A DNA stretch of 64,000 nucleotides from Caenispirillum bisanense (GCA_945906455.1 CAMDRB010000001.1:710-64709), one strand, 5' to 3'. Shown: positions 9,084-18,868, counted from the stretch's first letter. Numbers and translations are program-made. The notes: generated by a model from the sequence alone, not told the origin.

Positions 9084-10703
9084 CTAAAGCTGCGAGAAAA
9101 AATCGTTGCCTTTGTCGTCGACGACGATGAACGCCGGGAAGTCCTCGACCTCGATTTTCCACACGGCTTCCATGCCCAGTTCGCCGTATTCCAGGACTTC
9201 GACCTTCTTGATGGAGTTTTCCGCGAGCAGGGCGGCGGCGCCGCCGATCGAGCCCAAGTAGAATCCGCCGTGTTTCTTGCAGGCCTCGGTTACGACCTTC
9301 GAGCGATTGCCCTTGGCCAGCATGACCATCGAGCCGCCGTGGGCCTGGAACTCGTCAACGTAGGAATCCATGCGCCCCGCCGTGGTCGGACCGAAGGCGC
9401 CTGAGGCGTAGCCTTTGGGAGTCTTGGCCGGCCCGGCGTAATAGATCGGATGCTGCTTGATGTAATCGGGAAGCCCTTCGCCACGGTCGAGGCGCTCTTT
9501 CAGCTTGGCGTGGGCGATGTCGCGCGCGACCACCATAGGCCCGGTCAACGAGACGCGGGTCTTGGTGGGGTAGCGGCTGAGGATCTTGCGGATCTCGCTC
9601 ATGGGCTGGTTGAGGTCGATCTTAATGACGTCGCCGGAAAGTTTCTCACTCTTGATATCAGGCATGAACTGGACGGGATTGGTCTCCAGCTGTTCAAGGT
9701 AGATGCCGTCGCGGCTGATCTTGCCGAGAATCTGACGGTCGGCGGAACAGGAAACACCGATGCCGACCGGCACCGAAGCGCCGTGGCGGGGCAGGCGGAT
9801 CACGCGCACATCGTGGCAAAAATACTTGCCGCCGAACTGCGCGCCGATGCCGATCTTGCGCGTCATCTCTAGGACTTCGGCTTCCATGGCGAGGTCGCGG
9901 AAGGCCTGGCCGTGCACACCGCCCGTGGTCGGTAGGCCGTCGAGATAACGCGCCGAGGCGAGCTTCACGGTCTTCAAGGTCATTTCGGCCGAGGTGCCGC
10001 CGATGACAATGGCGAGGTGATAGGGTGGGCAGGCCGAGGTGCCGATGTTTTTGACTTCTTCTTCGAGGAACTTTTTCAGGCCCGCCGGATTAAGCAAGGC
10101 TTTGGTTTTTTGGAAAAGATAACTCTTGTTGGCCGAGCCGCCGCCCTTGGCCATGAACATGAATTTGTAGGTATCGCCCGGCACGGCAAATAGGTCGATC
10201 TGCGCCGGCAGATTGTTGCCGGTGTTCTTTTCCTCGAACAGCGAGGTTGGCGACATCTGCGAATAGCGCAGATTGAGCTTGTTATAGGCCTCACACACGC
10301 CCTCGGTGATCGCCTGGGAGTCGCTCCCGTCCACCCAGATCTGTTGGCCTTTCTTACCCATGACGATGGCTGTGCCGGTGTCCTGGCACATGGGCAGCAC
10401 AAAGCCGGCCGAGATATTGGCGTTCTTCATTAATTCCAGGGCGACGAAGCGGTCGTTGGGCGAAGCCTCGGGATCGTCGAGGATGGCACGCAGCTGCTTG
10501 AGATGTCCGGGCCTGAGGAGATGCGAAAGATCGCGAAAGGCCTCGGCGGTCAGCCGCGTAATCGCCGACGGTGCAACCGTGATGATCTCCTGGCCGCGAA
10601 ACTTCTCGACCGCCACGCCGTCCGTGGAAACCTTGCGGTAGGGTGTATCGTCGCGGCCGAGAGGGAAGATTTCGGCGAAGGCTGCGTCCAACATAAGCGG
10701 CAT
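9084..10703 (-). CDS. fumA: Class I (Fe-S, fused alpha/beta) fumarate hydratase
   Basis: 539 aa. The [38 protein letters not shown] and GPTTAGRMD motifs are characteristic of FumA/FumB-type hydratases. Confidence 0.9.
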   Translation of the reverse strand: MPLMLDAAFAEIFPLGRDDTPYRKVSTDGVAVEKFRGQEIITVAPSAITRLTAEAFRDLSHLLRPGHLKQLRAILDDPEASPNDRFVALELMKNANISAGFVLPMCQDTGTAIVMGKKGQQIWVDGSDSQAITEGVCEAYNKLNLRYSQMSPTSLFEEKNTGNNLPAQIDLFAVPGDTYKFMFMAKGGGSANKSYLFQKTKALLNPAGLKKFLEEEVKNIGTSACPPYHLAIVIGGTSAEMTLKTVKLASARYLDGLPTTGGVHGQAFRDLAMEAEVLEMTRKIGIGAQFGGKYFCHDVRVIRLPRHGASVPVGIGVSCSADRQILGKISRDGIYLEQLETNPVQFMPDIKSEKLSGDVIKIDLNQPMSEIRKILSRYPTKTRVSLTGPMVVARDIAHAKLKERLDRGEGLPDYIKQHPIYYAGPAKTPKGYASGAFGPTTAGRMDSYVDEFQAHGGSMVMLAKGNRSKVVTEACKKHGGFYLGSIGGAAALLAENSIKKVEVLEYGELGMEAVWKIEVEDFPAFIVVDDKGNDFFSQL

Positions 10704-10763
10704 CCGTGTGTGGGAGGGGCTTGCAGGTGGGGGCGGGATCGCGGGGGCTAAAGGCCGGCGCGT

Positions 10764-11354
10764 CTACTTCTTACGAAAAGCGTCCAGCGTCACGACCTTG
10801 CTCGCGGTGTTTTCCTCGGGTTCGGCCCGCATAGCGGCAAGCGAGGCGCCCTTGCTCGGTGATGACGTAGCCATGCGTCCGCTTTTCAGGCGTTGGGAAA
10901 CCTTGGCCGAATCCACCGGCAGTATCTCGTCGATGGGTGGATCGCCGGCGTCGTCGTTTTCGGCATCGGCATCCTCGTCGGCGCCCGTACGTTCCTCGAA
11001 TTCAACATGAAACTGCAGGCCGAACTTGGCGTGGGGATCGGCGAAGGCCGTCACGGCGGCGAACGGAATGACCAGTCGCTGGTTGACGCCGTTGAAACTG
11101 AGGACAATCTCGAAGAATTCCTCGTGCACCGCCAGGTCCCAGAATTGGTGCTGGAGAACGATGGTCATTTCACTGGGGTGCAGGGCCCTCATACTGGCGG
11201 CGATTTGCACGCCAGGGGCGGTGGTATCGAAGGTGATGTAAAAGTGGTGGGCGCCCGGCAATCCTTGCGCCGCGGTGATTTTGAGGGCCTGGCGCAACAC
11301 GCCGCGTAGCGCGTCTTCGACCATGCGCTCATAGCTGAGTGACGTGATATCCAT
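10764..11354 (-). CDS. sspB: SspB-family ClpXP adaptor (alphaproteobacterial type)
   Basis: The N-terminal domain YERMVEDALRGVLRQAL...HHFYITFDT...MTIVLQHQFWDL is followed by an acidic, disordered tail, matching stringent starvation protein B architecture. Confidence 0.75.
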   Translation of the reverse strand: MDITSLSYERMVEDALRGVLRQALKITAAQGLPGAHHFYITFDTTAPGVQIAASMRALHPSEMTIVLQHQFWDLAVHEEFFEIVLSFNGVNQRLVIPFAAVTAFADPHAKFGLQFHVEFEERTGADEDADAENDDAGDPPIDEILPVDSAKVSQRLKSGRMATSSPSKGASLAAMRAEPEENTASKVVTLDAFRKK

Positions 11355-11499
11355 ATTTCGGAAATGCCCGCCTTCAAGAAGCCAAATTCGGCATGATGCT
11401 CAAGTTGGAGTATTCTCCCCGGGACAGGCGTCGGGTTCAATCGATTTTAACTCAAGGATATCAGCTGGGCCGCAGCCATTCCTCCCGACGGTCAGATGC

Positions 11500-11848
11500 A
11501 ATTTGAATCCGACGGCTGATGAAAGTGGGGGGGCTTCTGTTGCCCGGTGCCCCCCCGAACCGCGCTTTGGACGTATATTACCTAGCGGCCGTTAGGCAGC
11601 GAGGCGAACGTCCTCAACGAGTGCAACGTTGTCGTTGGCACTTTTAGATATGGCCCGATAACGGCGGAACCATGCCGGGAACAACTACTGTCTTTACTGC
11701 GCACGTCGAGCCTGATTCGCCCCCATAACGCCCCGGCTGAAACTTGCGTTCCAGGTCCGGGGCTAAAATGGTGGAGGCGCCGGGTACTGCCCCCGGGTCC
11801 GCTACGCCTATGCCACAGCAGGTTTAGCGCCATAGCCGCTTGCGCGGC
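11500..11848 (-). ncRNA. ssrA: Two-piece (circularly permuted) tmRNA
   Basis: On the minus strand the acceptor piece ends in ...CGCCUCCACCA (CCA at 11769-11771). After about 44 nt the coding piece begins GGGGGCGAAUCAGGCUCGACG at 11724. The 7-bp acceptor stem includes a G3:U wobble, the AlaRS identity element. The tag ORF at 11592-11639 reads ANDNVALVEDVRLAA-TAA. The 3' end is approximate. Confidence 0.88.
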
Positions 11849-11854
11849 ACAGCC

Positions 11855-11883
11855 AATATAGAGCGGTTCGCCGATTTTTGCCA
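11855..11883 (-). promoter_or_regulatory. Putative ssrA promoter
   Basis: On the minus strand: TGGCAA, a 17-nt spacer, then TATATT, about 80 nt upstream of the CCA end of the acceptor piece. Confidence 0.4.
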
Positions 11884-11972
11884 CCTTCGTCCACCCTTCC
11901 ACCCCGAAACGAGCGTATGCAAGGTGTTACAGGCGCTTGGGCGAGGCCCGAGTTTGGCGCTATAAGACGTAT

Positions 11973-12767
11973 ATGCAGCAGTATCTTGATTTGCTCGACC
12001 TCGTTCTCCGGTCGGGCGTAAAGAAGTCCGACCGTACGGGAACCGGCACGCTCAGTGTGTTCGGTCACCAGATGCGCTTCGACCTGGCGGCCGGATTTCC
12101 GCTGCTGACGACCAAGAAGCTGCACGTCAAATCAATCATCGTCGAACTGCTTTGGTTCCTGAAGGGCGATACCAATGTCGCTTACCTCAAGGAGAACGGC
12201 GTATCGATCTGGAACGAATGGGCGGATGACAAAGGCGATTTGGGGCCGGTCTACGGATACCAGTGGCGGTCGTGGCCGACGCCCGACGGGGGAAAGATCG
12301 ATCAAATTGCCACGGTGATCGCCGGCCTTAAGAAAAACCCCGACAGCCGCCGGCATATTGTTACCGCCTGGAACCCGGCCGATGTTGACCGGATGGCGTT
12401 GCCGCCTTGCCATTGCCTGTTTCAGTTCTATGTCGCCGACGGCAAGCTTTCGTGCCAGCTCTATCAACGCAGCGCCGATATTTTCCTGGGCGTGCCGTTC
12501 AATATCGCGTCGTATGCGCTGCTTACGCAAATGGTGGCGCACGTGACCGGGTTAAAGCCCGGCGAGTTCATCCATACCCTCGGAGATGCTCACATCTACG
12601 CCAATCATATGGAGCAGGCGCATACCCAACTCGCGCGGGCGCCACGAGCGTTACCGCGGCTGCAGATCAATCCAGCGGTCAGCGATATTTCTGGGTTCGC
12701 CTATGACGACTTCAAGCTGGAAAACTACGATCCGCATCCGCACATCGCGGCTAAAGTCGCGGTGTAA
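11973..12767 (+). CDS. thyA: Thymidylate synthase
   Basis: 264 aa starting [12 protein letters not shown], with [12 protein letters not shown] and DAHIYANH motifs. Confidence 0.96.
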   Translation: MQQYLDLLDLVLRSGVKKSDRTGTGTLSVFGHQMRFDLAAGFPLLTTKKLHVKSIIVELLWFLKGDTNVAYLKENGVSIWNEWADDKGDLGPVYGYQWRSWPTPDGGKIDQIATVIAGLKKNPDSRRHIVTAWNPADVDRMALPPCHCLFQFYVADGKLSCQLYQRSADIFLGVPFNIASYALLTQMVAHVTGLKPGEFIHTLGDAHIYANHMEQAHTQLARAPRALPRLQINPAVSDISGFAYDDFKLENYDPHPHIAAKVAV

Positions 12768-12771
12768 AAAA

Positions 12772-12797
12772 ATGAGCGGATCGCAAGATCCGCTCAT
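12772..12797. terminator. Bidirectional hairpin terminator between thyA and the convergent small gene
   Basis: An 11-bp perfect stem atgagcggatc / gatccgctcat has a GCAA loop. It is flanked by an A-run upstream and TTTGTTT downstream. Confidence 0.75.
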
Positions 12798-12823
12798 TTG
12801 TTTCGGGCCTTGGACGCGTGACC

Positions 12824-13111
12824 TTATTTCTTCTTGCCCTTGGCGGCGTAGGCCGCAATTAGGTCTTCGAATTTCTTCTGAACCTCGTTGAACTCGTTGA
12901 TCGAGCATTTATTGAACTCGGCGAACTTTGCCTGGTACGCGTCGAAATTGTCTGCGATCACGTCCATCTCTTTGCTGACGACGGTGGCGCCGTCGGCCGG
13001 AAGCTCAGGAGCAACGGGTTTCGTGCCGCAATCGGCGGCAGCCCAAGCGCCGCTTGTTCCCAGCATTGTCAGAGCTAAGGCGGCCCCGAAAATCATTGTC
13101 GTCCGATTCAT
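12824..13111 (-). CDS. Small secreted protein of unknown function
   Basis: 95 aa from MNRTTMIFGAALALTMLGTSGAWA (signal peptide). The mature part is helical and Lys-rich, with 2 Cys. Confidence 0.55.
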   Translation of the reverse strand: MNRTTMIFGAALALTMLGTSGAWAAADCGTKPVAPELPADGATVVSKEMDVIADNFDAYQAKFAEFNKCSINEFNEVQKKFEDLIAAYAAKGKKK

Positions 13112-13364
13112 GAATTTTTCCTCTCTGCAAACCTTGTTCTGAAACACTCGTTCTGGAACTTTCACCCGGCATTGCGACCCCGGGCCGATCGGGCGGGAAA
13201 CGTTCCCGCCTCAAGCTGACGCAACCTTCAGCGACCTCGTAAGTCTAACACGTGATTTTCCGGGAAGTCTAATTCCCTTCTCGCTGATATGTCATGTATC
13301 CCCCGTGAATGTGGTATTTTCACGCAGACTTTAAGGCGCCCCCGCGGCAAGGGAAAAAGCAGTC

Positions 13365-13901
13365 ATGGCGGTGGAAAATGCCCTCGTCCAGCCCATCCGG
13401 ATAGCCTTGGTGGTGGCCCGGGCCGAGAATGGGGTCATCGGCAAGGACGGTAAGCTGCCCTGGCATATCTCGACCGAGCTGCAATATTTCAAGCGCCTGA
13501 CGCTGGGCAAGCCGGTGATCATGGGCCGCAAGACATATGAATCGATCGGGAAGCCATTGCCGCGCCGCACAAATATAGTGGTCACGCGGGACCAGAACTG
13601 GCAGGCCGCGGGCCTCACCGTCGCCCCGGATCTGCCGACGGCCTTTGCACTGGCGTACGAAGACGCTCACCGAACCGGCGCCGATGAGATCATGGTCATT
13701 GGCGGAGCCGACATATACCGCCAGGCCTTGGACCGTGCCAGCCGGGTTTATTTGACCGAGATCCACGGCGCCTTCGACGGCGACACGGTCCTCGATCTCG
13801 ACGTGTCGTCAAATTGGCGGGAGGGTTCGCGTGAGCGCCATCCAGCGGATTCGGTGGGCGGACCGGAGTTCAGTTTCGTGATCCTGGACCGCGTGTCCTG
13901 A
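13365..13901 (+). CDS. folA: Dihydrofolate reductase
   Basis: IALVVARAENGVIGKDGKLPW, GKPVIMGRKTYESIG and VIGGADIYRQAL motifs. Confidence 0.93.
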   Translation: MAVENALVQPIRIALVVARAENGVIGKDGKLPWHISTELQYFKRLTLGKPVIMGRKTYESIGKPLPRRTNIVVTRDQNWQAAGLTVAPDLPTAFALAYEDAHRTGADEIMVIGGADIYRQALDRASRVYLTEIHGAFDGDTVLDLDVSSNWREGSRERHPADSVGGPEFSFVILDRVS

Positions 13902-13933
13902 GCCCCTTCCCAGCCGGGCTAAATTTCGGGCGA

Positions 13934-16090
13934 TTACGGCGCTAGGCGGCAGGCCGCGGTCATGTCGGCGACAACGCGGGCGGCACTGTTGGTCATGAGA
14001 TTCTGGAGATAGCCGGTAAAGACAGCATCGGCCCGGACGTTGTAGTGGTAGACGCCATTCGCCGAAAAACCGGCAGCAGCTTCAAGGGCGGGCATGGCCA
14101 CCACCTTTTGGCTGTTAGCGGCGATCGTACCTGTCGGGTAGGTTCCGATCCGCTGGCCGCTCAAGGCATTGTAAATGCCGAGAGCCGGCGAAATATTGGC
14201 CGATCCGGTATTGTGAATCACAATCGTAGAAGGATATCCGCTATCCATCAGCGAGGAGTGCACATTGGTGAGTGTGGTCTGGCCGCTCGACTGCGAATCA
14301 CAGGTGCTGAGATTGGAGAGGATGCCACCGGTTTTTTGCCAGAGGACGTTCTGGAACGTGCCGGTAAAGGTCGGCTGCACCGAAATCGAATAGGTCGCCG
14401 ACTTGGTGAAAGTCGCGCTGGCGTTGTTTTCAATTTCCTCGATTGAAAACTGACGCGAGCTGCCGCCGGGCAAGCTTGGGCTTCTCCAAGTGCCAAGCGT
14501 CGTGCCGGTGGCATAATCCGCGAGCACGACGTCGACTGTGCCTGCGGCGGTCCCGGCGTTGTAGAAGCGCAGGAACGATACCATGCTGGCTTGCGTCGAG
14601 CCGAAGATGCTGGCGACGCGCAGGCCTGCAACCGACGCCGCGGCAGCGCCGCTCCCCGGCGTCCAGCTGACCCAGCCGCTGACAAGTGTCTGATTCCAAG
14701 AATCGTACCAGGGTCCGCCGGCCTGGTCGTCGAGGTCCTCGGCATAGGAGAGCGAGCCGACGAGATAGCGTTGGTTCGTACCCGGATCTGTATAGAAGAA
14801 CGCGCCGCCCGAATTGCCACCGGACGCGTCGACAAGAAATTCGCGGACGTGCAACGAACGATAGCTGAAAAAGGACGTCGACGTCTCGCCACCCGAGTCG
14901 GAATAGAGACCGTAGGCGTCTTTGTTCTGGATTTCCGCCGGATAGCCAGCGCTGGTTATGGGTGACGACGTACTGTTATACATGACCGGCATAAAAGTCG
15001 CGGTGTGCGTGAAGGGCGTTTTGAATTCCAGTGCGCCGAGGTCATGTCGATAGTCGGTGATGATGTAGGAATTCTCGCCTGATATCTGCGCCCACTGCGC
15101 GGTGGTCTGCACCGAAGAGATGTCCGACTTAAGTCCATAAGGACGTATGGGTATGTCGTCGCCCAGCGTGGCTTGGTTTTGGCCGGGATAAACCCGGGCC
15201 GAAGCGATATAGCCGCCACGACCTTTGTTGTGGACACAGTGCCCGGCGGTCAAAGCGACGTAAGGGCTGACGAGTGTGGCACTGCAGCGGAAGTTGGTGC
15301 CGTTCGGATAGGTCGCCGACAAATAGGCCATCGTATTCCACGGATAGACTTGTGCATTCAGAACTGGCTCGCGGTCGTCGACGCCGGCCGTTGCCGGCGC
15401 CGCATGGTCCCGGAGAATCATGCCCGACGGCAGGTCGCGCCCGCGTTCCCGCTCGGGTCCGGGCGACGTAGCGGAGCCGATGTCGGCAAAGTCCTTGCCG
15501 GCGGGCAGCGGCGGCAGGTCCCCAAAGCCCAATGGTTTTTCCGTGCTGGTAGTGGTATCGGCCGGAGGCGGCGGTTTGCGAAGGCGTTTGAGTGGCTCGG
15601 GTTGCACGTTGGCCGGTTCGATATCTTCGGGTCGGCCAGGGGCGGCTTGGTCCCGGGCAGCTTGGGCCGCGGCCGATGCGCGCTCCGCGGTATCCATGGC
15701 CGGCGCGCCAACGGCAAATGAGTTGGTGAGAAACGTTGCCGCCTCGTCGCGAGCGAGCTGGCGCGTCGTCGGGCGAACGAGGCTGATGCAGGCAAGCCGC
15801 GGCTGCCCACCCGCGATGATAAAGCTCTCGTACCATTCGCTGTAGCCGCCGTTGATCACCTGGCCGATGTGGCGCGTGTCTGCCGGCGCGGCTTGCGATA
15901 CGGCGGCGCAGTCGTATGCCGACATGTCCGGCAAGTGGGGAGGGGCCTGGGAGGGGCTCTGTGCAGCAGCGCTGAGAGCGAAGAAACCCGGATTACCGAT
16001 CGCGACGGCACCGAGCAGGAGCGCCACGGCTGAGCGGCCAAGCCAAATAGATTCGGCGCGGTTGCGGGTCTGGTCGCGGGATAGATTCAT
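13934..16090 (-). CDS. Secreted trypsin-like (S1 family) serine peptidase with N-terminal region, Pro-rich linker and duplicated C-terminal domain
   Basis: Signal peptide WLGRSAVALLLGAVAIGNPGFFALSAAAQ. The catalytic motifs are LTAGHCV (His), RHDLGALEF (Asp) and GGNSGGAFF (Ser). The start is ATG 16090, or 16117 as an alternative. Confidence 0.75.
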   Translation of the reverse strand: MNLSRDQTRNRAESIWLGRSAVALLLGAVAIGNPGFFALSAAAQSPSQAPPHLPDMSAYDCAAVSQAAPADTRHIGQVINGGYSEWYESFIIAGGQPRLACISLVRPTTRQLARDEAATFLTNSFAVGAPAMDTAERASAAAQAARDQAAPGRPEDIEPANVQPEPLKRLRKPPPPADTTTSTEKPLGFGDLPPLPAGKDFADIGSATSPGPERERGRDLPSGMILRDHAAPATAGVDDREPVLNAQVYPWNTMAYLSATYPNGTNFRCSATLVSPYVALTAGHCVHNKGRGGYIASARVYPGQNQATLGDDIPIRPYGLKSDISSVQTTAQWAQISGENSYIITDYRHDLGALEFKTPFTHTATFMPVMYNSTSSPITSAGYPAEIQNKDAYGLYSDSGGETSTSFFSYRSLHVREFLVDASGGNSGGAFFYTDPGTNQRYLVGSLSYAEDLDDQAGGPWYDSWNQTLVSGWVSWTPGSGAAAASVAGLRVASIFGSTQASMVSFLRFYNAGTAAGTVDVVLADYATGTTLGTWRSPSLPGGSSRQFSIEEIENNASATFTKSATYSISVQPTFTGTFQNVLWQKTGGILSNLSTCDSQSSGQTTLTNVHSSLMDSGYPSTIVIHNTGSANISPALGIYNALSGQRIGTYPTGTIAANSQKVVAMPALEAAAGFSANGVYHYNVRADAVFTGYLQNLMTNSAARVVADMTAACRLAP

Positions 16091-16228
16091 GGATTCCAAG
16101 CTACTCCGTCGGCGCAATCTACCCCGTCCCTAAATTAGTATGTTTTGCCGCCGAAGGCGATATGGAACTAAGGCTCGGCAGGACTTGGAGAAAGCCCATA
16201 TTCTCAGCCGATCTCAAGAGCGAAACTA

Positions 16229-16320
16229 GAGCACGTCCCGGAAAAGTGGGTACCGGTTTTCCGCCGGCGAAGGCCGGCAACTATTAGATGCGCGCCTTCG
16301 CGCGCCGGCGGGACGTGCTC
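16229..16320. repeat. About 92-bp MITE-like structured intergenic element
   Basis: It has 12-bp terminal inverted repeats gagcacgtcccg / cgggacgtgctc and internal hairpins gccggc-gaag-gccggc and gcgcgc-cttc-gcgcgc. Its first 36 nt, with the core AAGTGGGTACCGG, recur inverted at 23095-23130. Confidence 0.7.
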
Positions 16321-16347
16321 AAGATATTGATTTAGAGGCCTTCTCAT

Positions 16348-16373
16348 CCGGCGCGGTGAGTCATCCGCGCCGG
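16348..16373 (-). terminator. Hairpin immediately downstream of apbC (possible terminator, no U-tract)
   Basis: A 9-bp stem ccggcgcgg / ccgcgccgg with an 8-nt loop lies 9 nt after the apbC stop. Confidence 0.3.
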
Positions 16374-16381
16374 GAAGGACT

Positions 16382-17488
16382 CTAAGGCGCGGGTGGCCGC
16401 ATTGCGCCCATGGATATCGTCGGTGCTTTTTTTCCACCGGCATTGAGTTTGTCCCAGATGCTCTCTGCAATCCTGATATAGGCCTTTGCGTGTACGCCGT
16501 CAGGCTCAGCGGCGACGATCGGCGTGCCGCCGTCCGAGGTCATGCGAATTTTCAAATCGAGCGGAACCTCACCAAGAAAATCGGCACCCAATTCTTCGGC
16601 GGTGCGCCGAGCGCCGCCATGATCGAAAATGTGGTCACGATTGCCGCACTTAGGGCAAACGTAATAGCTCATATTTTCGATGACACCGAGGATCGGAACC
16701 TCGACCTTGCGAAACATATTGAGGCCCTTGCGAGCATCCAGCAGCGCGATGTCCTGCGGGGTGGATACGATCACGGCGCCGGCCAGGGGCACGCGCTGCG
16801 ACATGGTGAGCTGGGTATCGCCAGTGCCCGGCGGCATGTCCACGACCATGACGTCGAGATCGCCCCATGCCACGTCGCGCAGCATTTGTTCCAAGGCTCC
16901 CATCACCATCGGGCCGCGCCAAACGATCGGATTGTCTTCGGCGATCATGAAGCCCATCGACATCACTTTGACGCCGTGATTTTCGAGGGGATATACTTTT
17001 TTCCCGTCGGACGCCGGCTTCTTGCCGGCGAGGCCCATCATCCGTGGCATGGATGGTCCGAAAATGTCGGCATCAAACATCGCCACCCTGCGGCCCAGGC
17101 GCGCGAAGGCGACCGCTAGATTGGCGGCGGTCGTGGATTTTCCAACCCCGCCCTTACCCGAGGCGACGGCGACTATAAATCTAACGCCGGGAAGTTCTAT
17201 GTGCTCACGTCCGCCTTTCGGAGCCGGCTTTTCCTTTTCGGCTTCGGCGGTCAGAACAGCGGTCACCGAACGGACACCCGGCAAGCTATGCACGGTCTTC
17301 TCGGCCGAGGCGCGCACCGGCTCGAGCTGCTGTCCAAGCTTCGCGGGCACCTCTAGCGTAAACGTGACATGGCCGTCCTTGATCAAAATGTCCTTTAGCC
17401 AGCCCCGGGCAACGACGTCGATGCCGCCCGTGCCTGAATCCACGGTCCGAAGCGCCGCGACAATCCGCTCCTGGGTCACATCGGCCAT
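16382..17488 (-). CDS. apbC: Mrp/NBP35/ApbC-family Fe-S cluster carrier ATPase
   Basis: N-terminal MIP18-like domain, Walker A SGKGGVGKSTTAANLA and the CPKCG metal-binding motif. The start is taken at MADVTQ. Confidence 0.9.
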   Translation of the reverse strand: MADVTQERIVAALRTVDSGTGGIDVVARGWLKDILIKDGHVTFTLEVPAKLGQQLEPVRASAEKTVHSLPGVRSVTAVLTAEAEKEKPAPKGGREHIELPGVRFIVAVASGKGGVGKSTTAANLAVAFARLGRRVAMFDADIFGPSMPRMMGLAGKKPASDGKKVYPLENHGVKVMSMGFMIAEDNPIVWRGPMVMGALEQMLRDVAWGDLDVMVVDMPPGTGDTQLTMSQRVPLAGAVIVSTPQDIALLDARKGLNMFRKVEVPILGVIENMSYYVCPKCGNRDHIFDHGGARRTAEELGADFLGEVPLDLKIRMTSDGGTPIVAAEPDGVHAKAYIRIAESIWDKLNAGGKKAPTISMGAMRPPAP

Positions 17489-17764
17489 GGGCGGATTTCC
17501 TTCCTTGTTCGTGCGGCACCGCTCGTTCTTTCGCCGCACCTTGAAAATGGTGTAGCCCCAACCCCATATGAGCGATGGGCGTAAGCTGAGCCCGAGGGCT
17601 GCTTACCCGCTGTTGTTACAGGCCTGGGAGGTGTCGCCCAATGGCTCTTGAGGCTACATTGCAGCACAAGCACGGTTGTCCTATAACTTGGTTAGGCAAT
17701 CTCAGCAGATTTTGGTCAGGTTTCCGGCACGCACTATGGCCGGCGCAGGTGAAGGATTAATCCA

Positions 17765-18868
17765 TTGTTTTATAAACAACAAGGCGGAGGCCCCTGGGGC
17801 GGCGGCGGCGGCGGCAATAACCCCTGGGGCGGACGCGACCGCAGCGGCAGCAATCCGGCGCCGGATCTCGAGGAAATTCTTAAGCGCAGCCAGGAGCGGC
17901 TCCGGCGCATGATGCCGGGCGGCTTCGGCAATCTGCGCGGGCTTTGGCTCATTGCCGCAGTCGTACTCGTGTTTTGGGGCGTCAGCGGGTTCTACCGCGT
18001 GCAGCCCGATGAGCAGGGCGTCGAACTGCTCTTTGGAAAGTACGTCAAGACCACGCAGCCCGGCTTGAATTACTGGTTTCCGATCCCGATCGGCGAAGTC
18101 ATTCGCCCAAAAGTGACTCAGACGAACCAGGTCACGGTAGGATTTCGTGGAACCGGGCCCAATATCCGCGAGGTCCCGCAGGAGAGCCATATCCTCGCCG
18201 GTGACCAGAATATCGCCGACATTCAGTTCGTTGTGCAGTGGCGTATCCGCGAAGCCGGTAATTTCCTCTTCAACATGCGTGACCCCGAACTGACGGTGAA
18301 GGCGGCCGCGGAGAGCGCATTGCGCGAGGTGGTGGGGCGCAATCCGTTGCAGTCCGTGATGACCAATCAGCGTGATCTCATCGCCCAGCAATCGCGCGAC
18401 CTGCTGCAGACGATCATGGATGGCTATAACTCCGGCGTCACAATCCTCGATCTGCGCATTCAAAAGGCCGATCCGCCCAAGGAAGTGATCGACGCCTTCA
18501 ATGACGTCCAGCGCGCTAAGCAGGACGAAGAACGCCTACGCAACGAAGCGCTGGCCTATCGCAATGACATTGTTCCGCGCGCGAAGGGTGAAGCGGCTCG
18601 GATGGTCCAGAACGCGACCGCCGAAAAAGAAAAGTTAGTGAAGGAGGCGGAAGGTCAGGCCGCGCGATTCACCGCGTTCTACCAGACCTACGTCGCCAAT
18701 AAGGACATCACCACGCGCCGCATGTATCTCGAGACCATGCAGGAGGTGTTGAGCAAGTCTGAAAAGATCATCATCGACGAAAACGGCAAGGGATCGGGCG
18801 TCGTGCCCTATCTGCCGTTGCCGGCGATCGGCAGGAAACCGCAGCCTCAGCCGGGAGCCGGCCAATGA
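17765..18868 (+). CDS. hflK: FtsH protease modulator HflK
   Basis: Gly-rich N-terminus (GGGPWGGGGGG) and a TM segment, followed by an SPFH/band-7 domain. It overlaps hflC by 4 nt. The start is TTG. Confidence 0.88.
   Translation: MFYKQQGGGPWGGGGGGNNPWGGRDRSGSNPAPDLEEILKRSQERLRRMMPGGFGNLRGLWLIAAVVLVFWGVSGFYRVQPDEQGVELLFGKYVKTTQPGLNYWFPIPIGEVIRPKVTQTNQVTVGFRGTGPNIREVPQESHILAGDQNIADIQFVVQWRIREAGNFLFNMRDPELTVKAAAESALREVVGRNPLQSVMTNQRDLIAQQSRDLLQTIMDGYNSGVTILDLRIQKADPPKEVIDAFNDVQRAKQDEERLRNEALAYRNDIVPRAKGEAARMVQNATAEKEKLVKEAEGQAARFTAFYQTYVANKDITTRRMYLETMQEVLSKSEKIIIDENGKGSGVVPYLPLPAIGRKPQPQPGAGQ

Noticed and set aside
11355-11500. tRNA-like GGGTTCAATCG motif at about 11433 on the plus strand
   Set aside because: No acceptor stem, anticodon arm or CCA-compatible structure could be built around it. 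It lies in the sspB promoter/leader region.
11582-11902. 106-aa minus-strand ORF (and neighbours) over the ssrA region
   Set aside because: The region is explained by the two-piece tmRNA. The only meaningful reading frame is the 15-codon tag.
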